Below, piece by piece: positions 27,426 through 37,589 of a stretch of DNA of 64,000 nucleotides. How positions within the stretch are numbered: the stretch's first letter is position 1; each line of letters starts with the position of its first letter. The notes beneath the pieces are model-generated. The model had not been told where the DNA came from. It ran no database searches and saw only the letters and a list, made by a program, of their open reading frames with translations. Source of the DNA: an uncultured Desulfospira sp. (GTDB lineage Bacteria > Desulfobacterota > Desulfobacteria > Desulfobacterales > Desulfobacteraceae); the NCBI GenBank assembly GCA_963663165.1, contig OY760175.1:5824001-5888000 (forward strand), in the 5' to 3' direction. Position numbers and translations under genes: made by a program.

Positions 27426-28661
27426 ATGCGGATCATCCATACCTCGGACTGGCACCTGGGCCAGAATTTTATGGGAAAAACCAGGGAGACAGAACATAAA
27501 GCTTTTCTGGACTGGCTGCTGGACCTCATTGAGGCGGAACAGGTGGATGCCCTGGTGGTATCGGGGGATGTCTTTGACACCGGTACCCCGCCGTCCTATG
27601 CCAGGGCTGTTTTTTTTGATTTTATCGCATCCCTTGACCGGACCTGCTGCCGGCAGGCCGTGTTTATCGGGGGGAATCATGATTCTCCGGCCACCCTCCT
27701 GGAGGGGCAGAATATCCTTGAACGGCTGAACACCAGAATCCGGGCCGGGATATCCGGGGAGCCTGCAGACCATCTGACCATCCTCAAAGACAGGCGGGAT
27801 GTCCCCGGGGCCCTGTTGTGCGCGGTACCATTTATCCGGCCCCGGGACCTGGTGTCAAGCTGTGCCGGGCAAACCGGGCAGGACAAGAAAAAAGCCCTGG
27901 CCGATGCCATCTCCCGGGTGTATGAAGAGGTTTACCACCAAGCCGGACAGATGCTGGAACAGCAAGGGCTTGACCTCCCCATCCTGGCCACGGGCCATCT
28001 CACCCTGGTGGGGGGAAAGGCCACGGAATCGGTCCGGGAAATTTATATCGGCTCTCTGGAAGCATTTCCCATATCCCGGCTGCCCCGGTTTGATTACATG
28101 GCCCTGGGCCATCTGCACAGGCCCCAGCAGATCAAAGGGGATTTTCCCTGTTTTTATTCCGGGTCTCCCATCCCGTTAAGTTTTGATGAGGGCAATGCCC
28201 AAAAACAGGTGATGCTTGTGGAAACCGGCCAAGGGGCCGTTGAGCAGGTGAAACCCATTCCCGTGCCCTGGTTTAGAAAGCTGATATCGGTTCAAGGAAC
28301 CCTGGCGCAGATCCGGGATCAACTGGCCCGGCCTGATTTAATCAAAGATCTGACCCCGTCTGATCCTGCCCCGTGGCTGGAAGTTGCGGTCCAGGGGCCG
28401 GCCCCGGATATCCAGGCCAGAATCCTTGACATGATCCGGGATACAGATATTGAATTGCTCAGGATCAAGCGCAAAGCCGTTCCCGGTGAGCGGGAGGCGT
28501 TTGAGGACCTAAACCAGACCCTGGAATCCCTGGGAACAAAAGAGGTGTTTTTGAAAAGGCTTTCATCTGAAGAATTTGATGAGCAGACCCGGGACAAGCT
28601 GGTGGGCCTTTTTCAGCATATTTTAGATCAGGTTGAAACCGGTCAGGGGCCAATCCCATGA
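27426..28661 (+). CDS. sbcD: Exonuclease SbcCD subunit D
   Basis: HTSDWHLG, SGDVFD, GNHDS, ALGHLH, YSGSP phosphoesterase motifs. Confidence 0.97.
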   Translation: MRIIHTSDWHLGQNFMGKTRETEHKAFLDWLLDLIEAEQVDALVVSGDVFDTGTPPSYARAVFFDFIASLDRTCCRQAVFIGGNHDSPATLLEGQNILERLNTRIRAGISGEPADHLTILKDRRDVPGALLCAVPFIRPRDLVSSCAGQTGQDKKKALADAISRVYEEVYHQAGQMLEQQGLDLPILATGHLTLVGGKATESVREIYIGSLEAFPISRLPRFDYMALGHLHRPQQIKGDFPCFYSGSPIPLSFDEGNAQKQVMLVETGQGAVEQVKPIPVPWFRKLISVQGTLAQIRDQLARPDLIKDLTPSDPAPWLEVAVQGPAPDIQARILDMIRDTDIELLRIKRKAVPGEREAFEDLNQTLESLGTKEVFLKRLSSEEFDEQTRDKLVGLFQHILDQVETGQGPIP

Positions 28662-31600
28662 GAATTCTAACCCTCAGATTTAAGAATATAAACGCCCTTA
28701 AAGGGGAGTGGAAAATTGATTTTACCACCCCTGAGTTCGCGGACCAGGGGCTGTTTGCCATCACAGGACCCACCGGTGCCGGAAAAACAACGATCCTGGA
28801 TGCCCTTTGCCTGGCCCTGTACCACCGGACCCCCCGGCTGATGGTGTCGGGATCGGTGAATGAACTGATGACCCGGCATACCGGGGAATGCCTGGCTGAA
28901 GCCGAGTTTGAGGTACAGGGCCGGGCATACCGGGCTTTTTTTTCCCAGCGCCGGGCCCGGGGAAAGGCCGGCGGCAGGCTCCAGCCCCCCCAGGTGGAAC
29001 TGGCCGAGGGCAGCGGAAAGATTTTATCCAGCACCCTGGTGGACAAATTAAAAACCGTAACCCAGATCACCGGTCTTGATTTTGACCGGTTCACCCGGTC
29101 CATGCTGCTGGCCCAGGGCGGGTTTGCGGCCTTTTTAGAGGCCGGGGCCAATGAACGGGCCGAATTGCTTGAAGAGCTGACCGGAACCGGTATTTACGGG
29201 CAGATTTCCTGCCTGGTGTTTGACCGGATGAACGCTGAAAAAAAAGCCCTGGAACTGCTGGCCGCCGGCAGCGGCGGAATTGAATTTCTGGACAAAGAGG
29301 CCCTTGACAGTCTGTCCAAAGAAATGGAAGGCCTCAAGGAAAAAGAAGCCAGGATTCGCGAAAATTACCGGGCGTTGCTGGAGAACCGGCAGTGGCTCAA
29401 AGACCTTGAAGAAAGGAACAAAGAGATCCTTGGTGCGGCCTCCCGGGTTAAAGAGGCGGCGTTGTTCCGGCAGGCCCATGAAGCAGATCTGGAAAAACTG
29501 TTGGCCTCCGGCCCGGCCATGGAAATTAATCCCCTGTGGGAAACCCTCAAGGGGATTGGCCTTGGGCTGGAACGGGCCAGAGAAGAGGCCGTTAAGGTGA
29601 CCGAACAGATAGGCGCCTGCAGAATCCGCCGGGAAGACCTGGAAAAGAAGGCGGCCCAGGCCCTTGAAAATGAGAAACAGGCCAGACAGGAACAACAAAA
29701 GACCGAAGCCCTGATCACGGAAGAGGTACTGCCCCTGGACCATGAGATTCAGGCTCTGGAAAGCCAGGCCCGAAAGCTTGAACAATCAATCCGGAAGATT
29801 GGCGAAAAGCAGCTTGACCTTAAGGAAAATCTGGGCCGGCAAAAGGGCCTTGTTCAGAATCATGAAAGGGACCTGGAACAGGCCCGGGCTTATATTTCGG
29901 CGAATTCGTCCCATTCCGGGCTCGGGGAAATCCTGCCCGTTGTTGAAACCTTGTTTGAGCAACGGGGCGGGCAGCAGAAAGAACTTGACGCCCTTAACAA
30001 AGAGGAAAGAGGACGCCGGGAAATACTGGGGCAATTGGAGGCCCAGGCTCAGAAGCTTGAAACGGCCAGTGCCGGCCATATCCGGTCCGTCACAGGGATC
30101 AGGGAAAAGATTTCCGACCTGTCCCGGGAGATCGGGCAGGTTTTAGGGGAAACCTCCCGAAGCGATTTAACCCATGAGTATGAATCCCTGACCCGTGCCA
30201 TGCCCCTTTGGGTGGAGTTAAAGAATATTTCCCAGGGGATCCGCGAGGAGAAAAAAGAGAAAAAAAACCTTGAAATCCGGGTCAGTGAAGAGGAGAAAAC
30301 CAGGGATGAGCTGGTGTCGTCCTTAAGCGCACTGGAAACCGGAAAAAAACTGGTCCAGGACCACCTGAAAGACCTTGAACGGATCACTGAACAGGAACAG
30401 CGCATTCAAAGCCTTGCCCGGCATCGGGATTGCCTTGAAAAGGGCATGGCCTGCCCCCTGTGCGGATCAACCCGTCACCCGGCCATTGAGGCGTACCGCT
30501 GCCTGGACCTTTCGGAAAACCAGGTGAAAAAAGAGGCCAAAGCCATAGCGCTGGCCCGGTATGAAGCAGACATCAGCAAAGTGAACCAGCGGCTGGCCGC
30601 CTGCCGGGCAAACCTTACGGCCCAACAAGTTCAGCTTACGGCCCATGACCGGAAAATCCAATCCCTTGAGACCGCCTGGGATAAAACAACCGCTGGGTTA
30701 AAGGTCAGCCTTACCCCGGATCACGAGGTTCAGGATCTTATAGAAGAACAGGAACGGCAGATGACCTGGGTTAAGACCCGGCTGGCCGGTCTGGAAAACC
30801 TGGATCTTCAACAGCGGCAGCTGGAAATCCGGCTGCAGAAAACCCTGGACAACCAGCAGGCCGATGCCCACCAGGCAGATCTGGTCCAGTTTAAGATTAT
30901 GGAGCTCAAGGACCGGGCAGATGATATGTCGCGCAGGAAACAGCGCCTTTCCGAAAAGGCGGCCGGGTTAGCGGAAAAACTGGCCCGGATTCTGGCCCCC
31001 CTGGGCCTGGAACAGCCTGTCTTTGAAGACCAGGACGCCTGGGTTAAGAATTATCACCAATTATGGGAACGGTTTCAGCAGGCCGGGGACAGGGAAAAAC
31101 AGGCGGCTCAAAGCCTGGAACGGCTCCGGTCGGCCATGGGCCTGATTGAAAGAGACCTGGAACTTCAAGCCGAACAGGCCAATGACCTGGCAACGGATTT
31201 AAAAGAGGCCGGGGAAAGGGCCCGTACCCTCAAGACCACCCGGCAGCGGCTGTTTTCAGACAAGTCCGTGGCCGGGGAAAGACACCGGCTTTCAAGGGCA
31301 GTGGCTCAAGCCCAGGGGGTTCTCAAAACCCTGGAAAAGGAAAAAGAAGCGGTTCAATCCGCCGAACACCGGCTGTTGGGCAGCCTGGAAAATTTTGAAA
31401 AACAGGCCGCCCGTTTTGAAACCGACCAGGCCAATGCCCGAAAAGAATGGGCACAGGCCCTTGAAAACAGCCGGTTCAAGGATCAGGCCGATTTTGAAGC
31501 CGCCCTTTTGCCGGTTGATGAACGAAAGGCCCTGGAAATATTAAACCAGGCCATTGTCGACCGGGAAACCCGGACCACAGCCCTTTTGGAAAGCCTGAAA

Positions 31601-32341
31601 AAAGACCTGGAAATCCTGGAAAACCAGAAAAAGACGGACCAATCCGCCGGGCAGATTGCCCAGGCCCTGGAAGAGACGGACCAGGCGCTTATGGATATCG
31701 GCTCCCGGAAAGGGGAAATCCGCCAGACATTAACCCAGGAAAGCGAAAAACGGCTTCAGCAAAAGGCGCTGTTCCAGAAGATTGACCGGCAAAAGGAGAT
31801 TTATGACGACTGGGCCAGGCTGTCTGACCTGATCGGGTCAAGGGACGGGGCAAAGTTCCGGCGGTTTGCTCAAGGGTTGACCCTGGAGCATCTGCTGGTT
31901 CTGGCAAACCGCCGGTTATCCCTGCTGTTCGGCCGGTATATCCTGGTCAGAAAGCCTGGCGAGGATCTCGGCCTGGAAGTTAAGGACACCTGGCAGGCCG
32001 ATACGGTCCGGGATACCCGGACCCTTTCCGGGGGCGAGAGTTTCCTGGTCAGCCTGGCCCTGGCCCTGGGGCTGTCCGATTTGGTGTCCAGCAAGACCCG
32101 GATTGATTCTTTGTTCTTGGACGAGGGGTTCGGCACCCTGGACCCCGAGACCCTGGAAACCGCCCTGGACGCCCTGGATCACCTGAACTCCGGCGGCCGG
32201 ATGATCGGGGTCATCTCCCATGTGGAAGCCATGAAAGAGCGTATCGCCACGAGGATTGAGGTTAAGCAGAAAACCAGCCTGGGCTTCAGCACCCTGGATG
32301 AACGGTTCCGGGTGGTTCAACATGTTGCAAAGTGCCATTGA
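28658..32341 (+). CDS. sbcC: Exonuclease SbcCD subunit C (SMC-like ATPase)
   Basis: GPTGAGKTT, long coiled coils, CPLC zinc hook, LSGGE, LFLDEGFG; ATGA overlap with sbcD. Confidence 0.97.
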   Translation: MRILTLRFKNINALKGEWKIDFTTPEFADQGLFAITGPTGAGKTTILDALCLALYHRTPRLMVSGSVNELMTRHTGECLAEAEFEVQGRAYRAFFSQRRARGKAGGRLQPPQVELAEGSGKILSSTLVDKLKTVTQITGLDFDRFTRSMLLAQGGFAAFLEAGANERAELLEELTGTGIYGQISCLVFDRMNAEKKALELLAAGSGGIEFLDKEALDSLSKEMEGLKEKEARIRENYRALLENRQWLKDLEERNKEILGAASRVKEAALFRQAHEADLEKLLASGPAMEINPLWETLKGIGLGLERAREEAVKVTEQIGACRIRREDLEKKAAQALENEKQARQEQQKTEALITEEVLPLDHEIQALESQARKLEQSIRKIGEKQLDLKENLGRQKGLVQNHERDLEQARAYISANSSHSGLGEILPVVETLFEQRGGQQKELDALNKEERGRREILGQLEAQAQKLETASAGHIRSVTGIREKISDLSREIGQVLGETSRSDLTHEYESLTRAMPLWVELKNISQGIREEKKEKKNLEIRVSEEEKTRDELVSSLSALETGKKLVQDHLKDLERITEQEQRIQSLARHRDCLEKGMACPLCGSTRHPAIEAYRCLDLSENQVKKEAKAIALARYEADISKVNQRLAACRANLTAQQVQLTAHDRKIQSLETAWDKTTAGLKVSLTPDHEVQDLIEEQERQMTWVKTRLAGLENLDLQQRQLEIRLQKTLDNQQADAHQADLVQFKIMELKDRADDMSRRKQRLSEKAAGLAEKLARILAPLGLEQPVFEDQDAWVKNYHQLWERFQQAGDREKQAAQSLERLRSAMGLIERDLELQAEQANDLATDLKEAGERARTLKTTRQRLFSDKSVAGERHRLSRAVAQAQGVLKTLEKEKEAVQSAEHRLLGSLENFEKQAARFETDQANARKEWAQALENSRFKDQADFEAALLPVDERKALEILNQAIVDRETRTTALLESLKKDLEILENQKKTDQSAGQIAQALEETDQALMDIGSRKGEIRQTLTQESEKRLQQKALFQKIDRQKEIYDDWARLSDLIGSRDGAKFRRFAQGLTLEHLLVLANRRLSLLFGRYILVRKPGEDLGLEVKDTWQADTVRDTRTLSGGESFLVSLALALGLSDLVSSKTRIDSLFLDEGFGTLDPETLETALDALDHLNSGGRMIGVISHVEAMKERIATRIEVKQKTSLGFSTLDERFRVVQHVAKCH

Positions 32342-32543
32342 GCCTGATAGAATTCAATCATCCAAATGGTATCAAAAGAAGTTTGATCATGATTCTGTGT
32401 TAAAAAACATAATCTTTAAAAAAGTTATTTTTTCCATGGTATGGGGATCGTCCCTGCCTGAGGGGTCCTGAAATCTTATAGAATTTAACCGGTTTTTATG
32501 GTTTATTAGGCCTGTCTAATCTTTTTGAAAGGATAGTTTAATA

Positions 32544-35477
32544 ATGATTCATTCTAAAGGTCGGTGGTTTCTTATCAAACATAAATTCAACTTTTTATTC
32601 CTCACCGGCTTGATTCTGCTGGCGTCTGGCTGCGGTGGCGGCGGGGGCGGCGGCGGGGAAAGTGCCAATGTGTCGCCTGACGCTGCGTTCACCGCATCCA
32701 AGGCCTATGGCAATCCGCCCCTGGCCGTGACGTTTAACGGGGCCGGTTCCAGTGACAGCGACGGCAGTATTTCGTCCTACAGCTGGGATTTCGGGGACAA
32801 CAGCACGGGGAGCGGGAAAACGGTCCAGCATACCTACCAGGCCATCGGGACATATACCGCCCAGTTGACCGTGGCCGACAATGACGGGTCAACCGACACG
32901 GCCACCTGTGAAATTGATGTGGGCTATTCTGTCATGGGAACGGTCACCTCAACGGAAAGCATGGTGTCGGACAGTGATGTGAACAACCCGGATGCCGCTT
33001 ACACCTCCAATAACGCTTTTTCTTCGGCTCAGGACATATCGGCTCCGGTAACGGTCAGCGGGTTTGTGAATGTGGACAATTCCGGTTCTGCCGGAGACCG
33101 GTTTGCCGAAGACGGGGATACCGATGATTATTTTTACGCCGCCCTGACCGATGACATGACCATTGAACTGGTCATGGCGGAATCGTCACTGGCGGCTGAA
33201 CTGGGCCTTTACCTGTACAACAGCAACCGGGTGCTGGTGGGGCAGGCCAATACCAATAACAACGGCCTGGCCACGCTGACCGTGTCCGGGGATGGAAACT
33301 ATTATATCCGTGTCCAGGCCGTGGAATCGGGCTGGGTCAGAACCTGCACCATGTACGGGCTCATCGTCGGCCTTTCCGAATCAACAACCAGTGTCAGTGA
33401 GTTGAGCCTTGAATCGGATTTTTTGCCCGGAGAGGTCCTGGTCCGGTTTGAAAAAGATACCTCGGGATCGGTTTCACCCCTGGCTCTGGATTCAAAGACC
33501 GCTGATCTGGGGTTTGCCGTCAAAGGGGGGAACAACAGCCGGGACCGGCTGTTAAGACCGCCGGAAGGGGGAGATGAAGACGTCCTGTTTGAACGGCTGG
33601 GCATCCGCAAAGCTGTTGCCCAAAGCCTTGGCCCGGGAATCCTGAGTGACAACACCCGGGAAAAGATGAAGACCTTATGGATGGTCCGGGCCTTAAAAAA
33701 TACCGCCGGGGTTGAGTGTGCGGCCCCCAATTACATTCGTAAAGCTTTTGCGGTTCCCGATGACACCTATTATTCGTACCAGTGGAATTATCCGCTGATC
33801 AATCTTGAGGAGGCATGGGAAACCACCACCGGCAGCACCAGTATTATTGTGGCGGTGGTGGATACCGGCGTGTTGCTCAGCCATCCGGACCTGAACGGAC
33901 AGCTGGTGGATTATGGATATGATTTTATTTCAGATGATGATATTTCCGGCGATGGTGAATCCGGTATTGATGATGACCCGGATGATCCCGGGGATCAGGA
34001 TGACCCCAACGGCAGCAGTTCATTTCATGGTACCCATGTGGCCGGGACCATTGCAGCAGCATCTGACAACAGCACGGGCGTGGCCGGGGTGGCCTGGGGT
34101 GTAAAGATAATGCCCTTGCGGGCTCTGGGTATTGGCGGCGGGACTTCCTATGATATCATGGAAGCGGTAAAGTATGCCGCGGGTCTGAGCAATGATTCCG
34201 GGGCCTTTCCGGACAATCCAGCCGATATTATCAACCTGAGCCTTGGCGGCAGCTCGTACTCGGCCCTTGAGGCAGCCGTATTTGAGGATGCCCGTGATGC
34301 GGGCGCGATTATCATTGCCTCGGCCGGCAATGATGGATCCAGCGCAAAAAGCTATCCGGCTGCCTATGCCAGTGTTGTGTCGGTCAGTGCGGTTACCGAA
34401 GACAAGGAACGGGCCTATTATTCAAACTACGGGTCTACTATTGATGTGGCCGCCCCCGGCGGCGGCCCGGCCTCGGAAACAGGCAGCAGCGGCAGCTCGG
34501 ATTCGGTGTTAAGCACCTGCGGCGATGACAGCAGCGGCACCATTGAAATGACCTACACCAAATATATGGGGACCAGTATGGCCGCCCCCCATGTGGCCGG
34601 TGTGGCGGCATTGATGAAAAGTGTGTATGCAGGCCTGACCCCGGATAAATTTGATACCCTCCTGGAAGCGGGATATCTGACTCAGGATTTAGGCGATTCA
34701 GGGCGGGATAATTATTTTGGATACGGGATGATTGATGCCGCCAGAGCGGTGGAGGTTGCCCAGGAGATCAATTCAACCGGCCAATATCCCCCTATTTTGA
34801 CCGCAAGCCCTAACAGCCTGAGCTTTTCAGGTTCCCAGACCTCCGATGAGGTGGTGCTGTCCAATGGCGGCGGTTCCGGCGCATTGGCTGTCAGCAGTTA
34901 TACGTCAGATGAAACCTGGCTGTCCGTTACCGCCAGTGCTGTAGACGGCAACGGGCTGGGCACTTATACGGTGACCGTTGACAGCAGCGGGCTTGCCAAC
35001 GGCACCCATTCAGGCACCCTGACCTTTGAGTCCAATCGAAATGATGCCACCGTTTCCGTGACCCTGGTGGTGGGGACCGTGGCCGAGTCCTCAGACGGGG
35101 GGTACCATTATATTGTGCTGGTGGACCCGGATACCCGCCGGACCGTTGACTACATCGGCTGTACCGGGGAAGACGGGGTGTATGATTTCAGGCTGACCGG
35201 CGACTACCTTGGCCAGACCTACCTGATTTACGCGGGCACGGATTCCGACAATGACGGGATCGTCTGCGGGGAGGCAGAGGCCTGCGGTGCCTATCTTTCC
35301 CAGGACAACCCGGTGGAGATAACCGTTACCCGGGATTTAAGCGGCCTTGATTTCACCACCGATATCAATTTGAGCCTGCCCGATACGTCTTCTGCCTCAT
35401 ATTCAGATTTTTCCATTGAGCTGGAAAGGGCTGACCCGGATAAGGCCTTCAAAGGGCTCAAACAGGGCTCACCATAA
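32544..35477 (+). CDS. S8 (subtilase) serine peptidase lipoprotein with a PKD domain
   Basis: LASGC lipobox, SYSWDFGD PKD motif, catalytic VDTG / HGTHVAG / GTSMAAPH. Confidence 0.93.
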   Translation: MIHSKGRWFLIKHKFNFLFLTGLILLASGCGGGGGGGGESANVSPDAAFTASKAYGNPPLAVTFNGAGSSDSDGSISSYSWDFGDNSTGSGKTVQHTYQAIGTYTAQLTVADNDGSTDTATCEIDVGYSVMGTVTSTESMVSDSDVNNPDAAYTSNNAFSSAQDISAPVTVSGFVNVDNSGSAGDRFAEDGDTDDYFYAALTDDMTIELVMAESSLAAELGLYLYNSNRVLVGQANTNNNGLATLTVSGDGNYYIRVQAVESGWVRTCTMYGLIVGLSESTTSVSELSLESDFLPGEVLVRFEKDTSGSVSPLALDSKTADLGFAVKGGNNSRDRLLRPPEGGDEDVLFERLGIRKAVAQSLGPGILSDNTREKMKTLWMVRALKNTAGVECAAPNYIRKAFAVPDDTYYSYQWNYPLINLEEAWETTTGSTSIIVAVVDTGVLLSHPDLNGQLVDYGYDFISDDDISGDGESGIDDDPDDPGDQDDPNGSSSFHGTHVAGTIAAASDNSTGVAGVAWGVKIMPLRALGIGGGTSYDIMEAVKYAAGLSNDSGAFPDNPADIINLSLGGSSYSALEAAVFEDARDAGAIIIASAGNDGSSAKSYPAAYASVVSVSAVTEDKERAYYSNYGSTIDVAAPGGGPASETGSSGSSDSVLSTCGDDSSGTIEMTYTKYMGTSMAAPHVAGVAALMKSVYAGLTPDKFDTLLEAGYLTQDLGDSGRDNYFGYGMIDAARAVEVAQEINSTGQYPPILTASPNSLSFSGSQTSDEVVLSNGGGSGALAVSSYTSDETWLSVTASAVDGNGLGTYTVTVDSSGLANGTHSGTLTFESNRNDATVSVTLVVGTVAESSDGGYHYIVLVDPDTRRTVDYIGCTGEDGVYDFRLTGDYLGQTYLIYAGTDSDNDGIVCGEAEACGAYLSQDNPVEITVTRDLSGLDFTTDINLSLPDTSSASYSDFSIELERADPDKAFKGLKQGSP

Positions 35478-35546
35478 CCGGAGGCCGGAAACGGAAGACG
35501 GGAGACCGGATGCTGCGAATCCCTCAGGGGTGGGCATCCGGTTTCT
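35477..35546. repeat. GGAGAC-heptamer run plus CCGGATGC..GCATCCGG hairpin
   Basis: Similar to 6480..6525; follows the stop codon and may act as a terminator. Confidence 0.6.
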
Positions 35547-35565
35547 TCAATCAACCTATGGGAAT

Positions 35566-35780
35566 TGTGAAAAAAAAGTAATAGAAAAATGCAGATTGTG
35601 AAAAAAATGTTATAAAGTGTGAAAAAAAAGTAATAGTCCGGACAAAAAAATAGCGCCTATCGGCAATAGTATCCCCTCCCCATTCCCCGCCATAATAAAA
35701 AATATCTTTAGCATTCGAATAGTTCAATAAATTGTAGAAAAAAATACAGAATTAGAGAGGGTATAGCACAGAAAATGCAA
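35566..35780 (+). promoter_or_regulatory. Repeated TGT-A-tract boxes and degenerate sigma54-like site upstream of the PEP-CTERM gene
   Basis: TGTGA(7-8) boxes at 35566, 35597 and 35618; TGT-N10-ACA at 35733; TAGCAC-N5-ATGCA near 35764. Confidence 0.45.
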
Positions 35781-35929
35781 TGTAAGTCAGTGAATACACA
35801 AAATGGCAGCAAACAAGGTAATCGAAAAACAGCAGAAGGCCCCTGGTTGAAACAAAAGGCCCTCATTAATAACCATCACCAGGATTCCTTTAAAAAAGTT
35901 GAAATTTGGAAAAAGAGAGTTTAAGCGGT

Positions 35930-36595
35930 ATGAAAAAAATCATGATATCAGTCTTTTTAGGGATCGGGTTGGCTACACTGTTTTCGCTTAGTGCGAAGGC
36001 CGCCAGTATCACGGACACGGTGGTATTCAACACAGACGGCACCGCCATAGAAGAAGACCTGATCAGTTATGGCGGCGGTACTGTGGATAAAATCGGTGAT
36101 TCATATTTTGACTGGGTTACCTGGGAGCATTCTTTTGCGTTTGATTTTTCCAATGTCACAGTGGGTTCCGTCGTTCTCAGCCTCACATTTGAAGACGACC
36201 AGGGGGTTTTCTGGGTTGTGAACAGCGGCTGGTGGGGATACTGCCGCTACCCCGTGGTCACTGCCAATGACTCTGAGTCGGAATGGGCCGTGGGTTGGAC
36301 CGATGACGGGCAATGGGACATTGGCGAGGTGGAGACCGGCACCTATGAATATGATATTGATATTGAGTCTATCCTGGATGGGTCTTTAATTGTTACCATT
36401 TCCGGAAGTTTTATCACCGGAGATTTTTATGTGGTTTCATCGGAACTGACCGTTAATTATACAGAACTGGCCTCCAACAACACGGAAGACACCAATGAAA
36501 TAAATGGGAACAATCCGGTTCCGGAACCGTCTACCTTTTTGATGATCGGGTTAAGCCTTCTGGCATTATCAGGGTTAATCAGAAAAAGGGCATAG
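35930..36595 (+). CDS. PEP-CTERM sorting-domain surface protein
   Basis: Signal peptide (AKA) and C-terminal VPEPSTFLMIGLSLLALSGLIRKRA. Confidence 0.93.
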   Translation: MKKIMISVFLGIGLATLFSLSAKAASITDTVVFNTDGTAIEEDLISYGGGTVDKIGDSYFDWVTWEHSFAFDFSNVTVGSVVLSLTFEDDQGVFWVVNSGWWGYCRYPVVTANDSESEWAVGWTDDGQWDIGEVETGTYEYDIDIESILDGSLIVTISGSFITGDFYVVSSELTVNYTELASNNTEDTNEINGNNPVPEPSTFLMIGLSLLALSGLIRKRA

Positions 36596-36713
36596 ACCGA
36601 TATTAAATGGAGACCGGAAACCGGAAACGGGAGACCGGATATGACCAAATATTCAGGTTGCCCGCCATTGGCGTACAGCCCGCTGTGTTTAGATGATAAA
36701 TTCGATGGCAACG

Positions 36714-36738
36714 GTGGGCACGAAAAGCGTGCCCACCT
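36714..36738. terminator. REP-like hairpin between convergent genes
   Basis: GGTGGGCACG-AAAAG-CGTGCCCACC. Confidence 0.55.
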
Positions 36739-36751
36739 TACCTGATAACGC

Positions 36752-37558
36752 TTATCCGGGGAAAAAGGTTTCAGGCTCTTTTCTTGCCGCATAATTTTCA
36801 AACAGCCATTTGGCAATATCTTTAAACTTGCCTTCCACCATGATTCTTGCGCCTTCGGGACAGGCCTTGATACAGGCACAGCAGTGGATGCACAGTTCGT
36901 TTTTGACAGCGAATCCATTGGCGGCATCAATGGCCTCAACCGGGCAGACTTCCACACAGGTGGAGCATTCATTGCAGTCGCCGGACACCTCAATGAATTC
37001 AACCGGTGCCGGGGGCATTCCCTGTTTGTAGGGAGAGTTTCCCGGGACCGTTAATCTGCCAAGGGCTGCGGGAGATGCCGCCCCTTCCAGGAGCGCGGCC
37101 ACTTTCCGGCCGAATTCCCGGGCCTTTTCCAGATCATTGGCATCGGGCCGGCCCGGGGCAACCTGGAAGTCACCGCCTGAGAAGGAATGCTCGCCGAGAA
37201 AGGCCCCGGCCGCCACGGACGTGGCCCCGGCCTGGTCCAGGAGATCTTTTAACTCCAGGAGGGCATCTTCAAATTCCCGGTTCCCGTAAACCACCACCGG
37301 GACCGCAAGCGCGCCGCCGGCTTTTATGGCGTCAAAGTAGGGCTGGGCCACTTTGGGCAGGCGGCCGCCGTAAACCGGGGTCCCGGCCAAAAGGATCTGG
37401 CCCTCTATGGCCGGCGGGGTCTGGTTTCGAATATCGGGCCGGGTGATGTCCAGGGTCTGGACAACGGGTATTCCCATCCCCTGTGCAATGGCTTCAAGAA
37501 CTTTTTGGGTGGTGGCCGTGGGGCTGAAATACAGCAGGGTGGCGCTTTGAATTTTCAT
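36752..37558 (-). CDS. EFR1-like flavodoxin-fold / 2x[4Fe-4S] ferredoxin fusion
   Basis: YFSPTATT, PVYGGR, VYGNR; CNECSTCVEVCP and CIHCCACIKACP. Confidence 0.9.
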   Translation of the reverse strand: MKIQSATLLYFSPTATTQKVLEAIAQGMGIPVVQTLDITRPDIRNQTPPAIEGQILLAGTPVYGGRLPKVAQPYFDAIKAGGALAVPVVVYGNREFEDALLELKDLLDQAGATSVAAGAFLGEHSFSGGDFQVAPGRPDANDLEKAREFGRKVAALLEGAASPAALGRLTVPGNSPYKQGMPPAPVEFIEVSGDCNECSTCVEVCPVEAIDAANGFAVKNELCIHCCACIKACPEGARIMVEGKFKDIAKWLFENYAARKEPETFFPG

Positions 37559-37589
37559 TTTTTTATCTCCCTTTTTAGAAATGTTGGGT

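Noticed and set aside
27426..32341. SMC-type defence system
   Set aside because: Canonical sbcDC motifs and arrangement with no accessory defence genes
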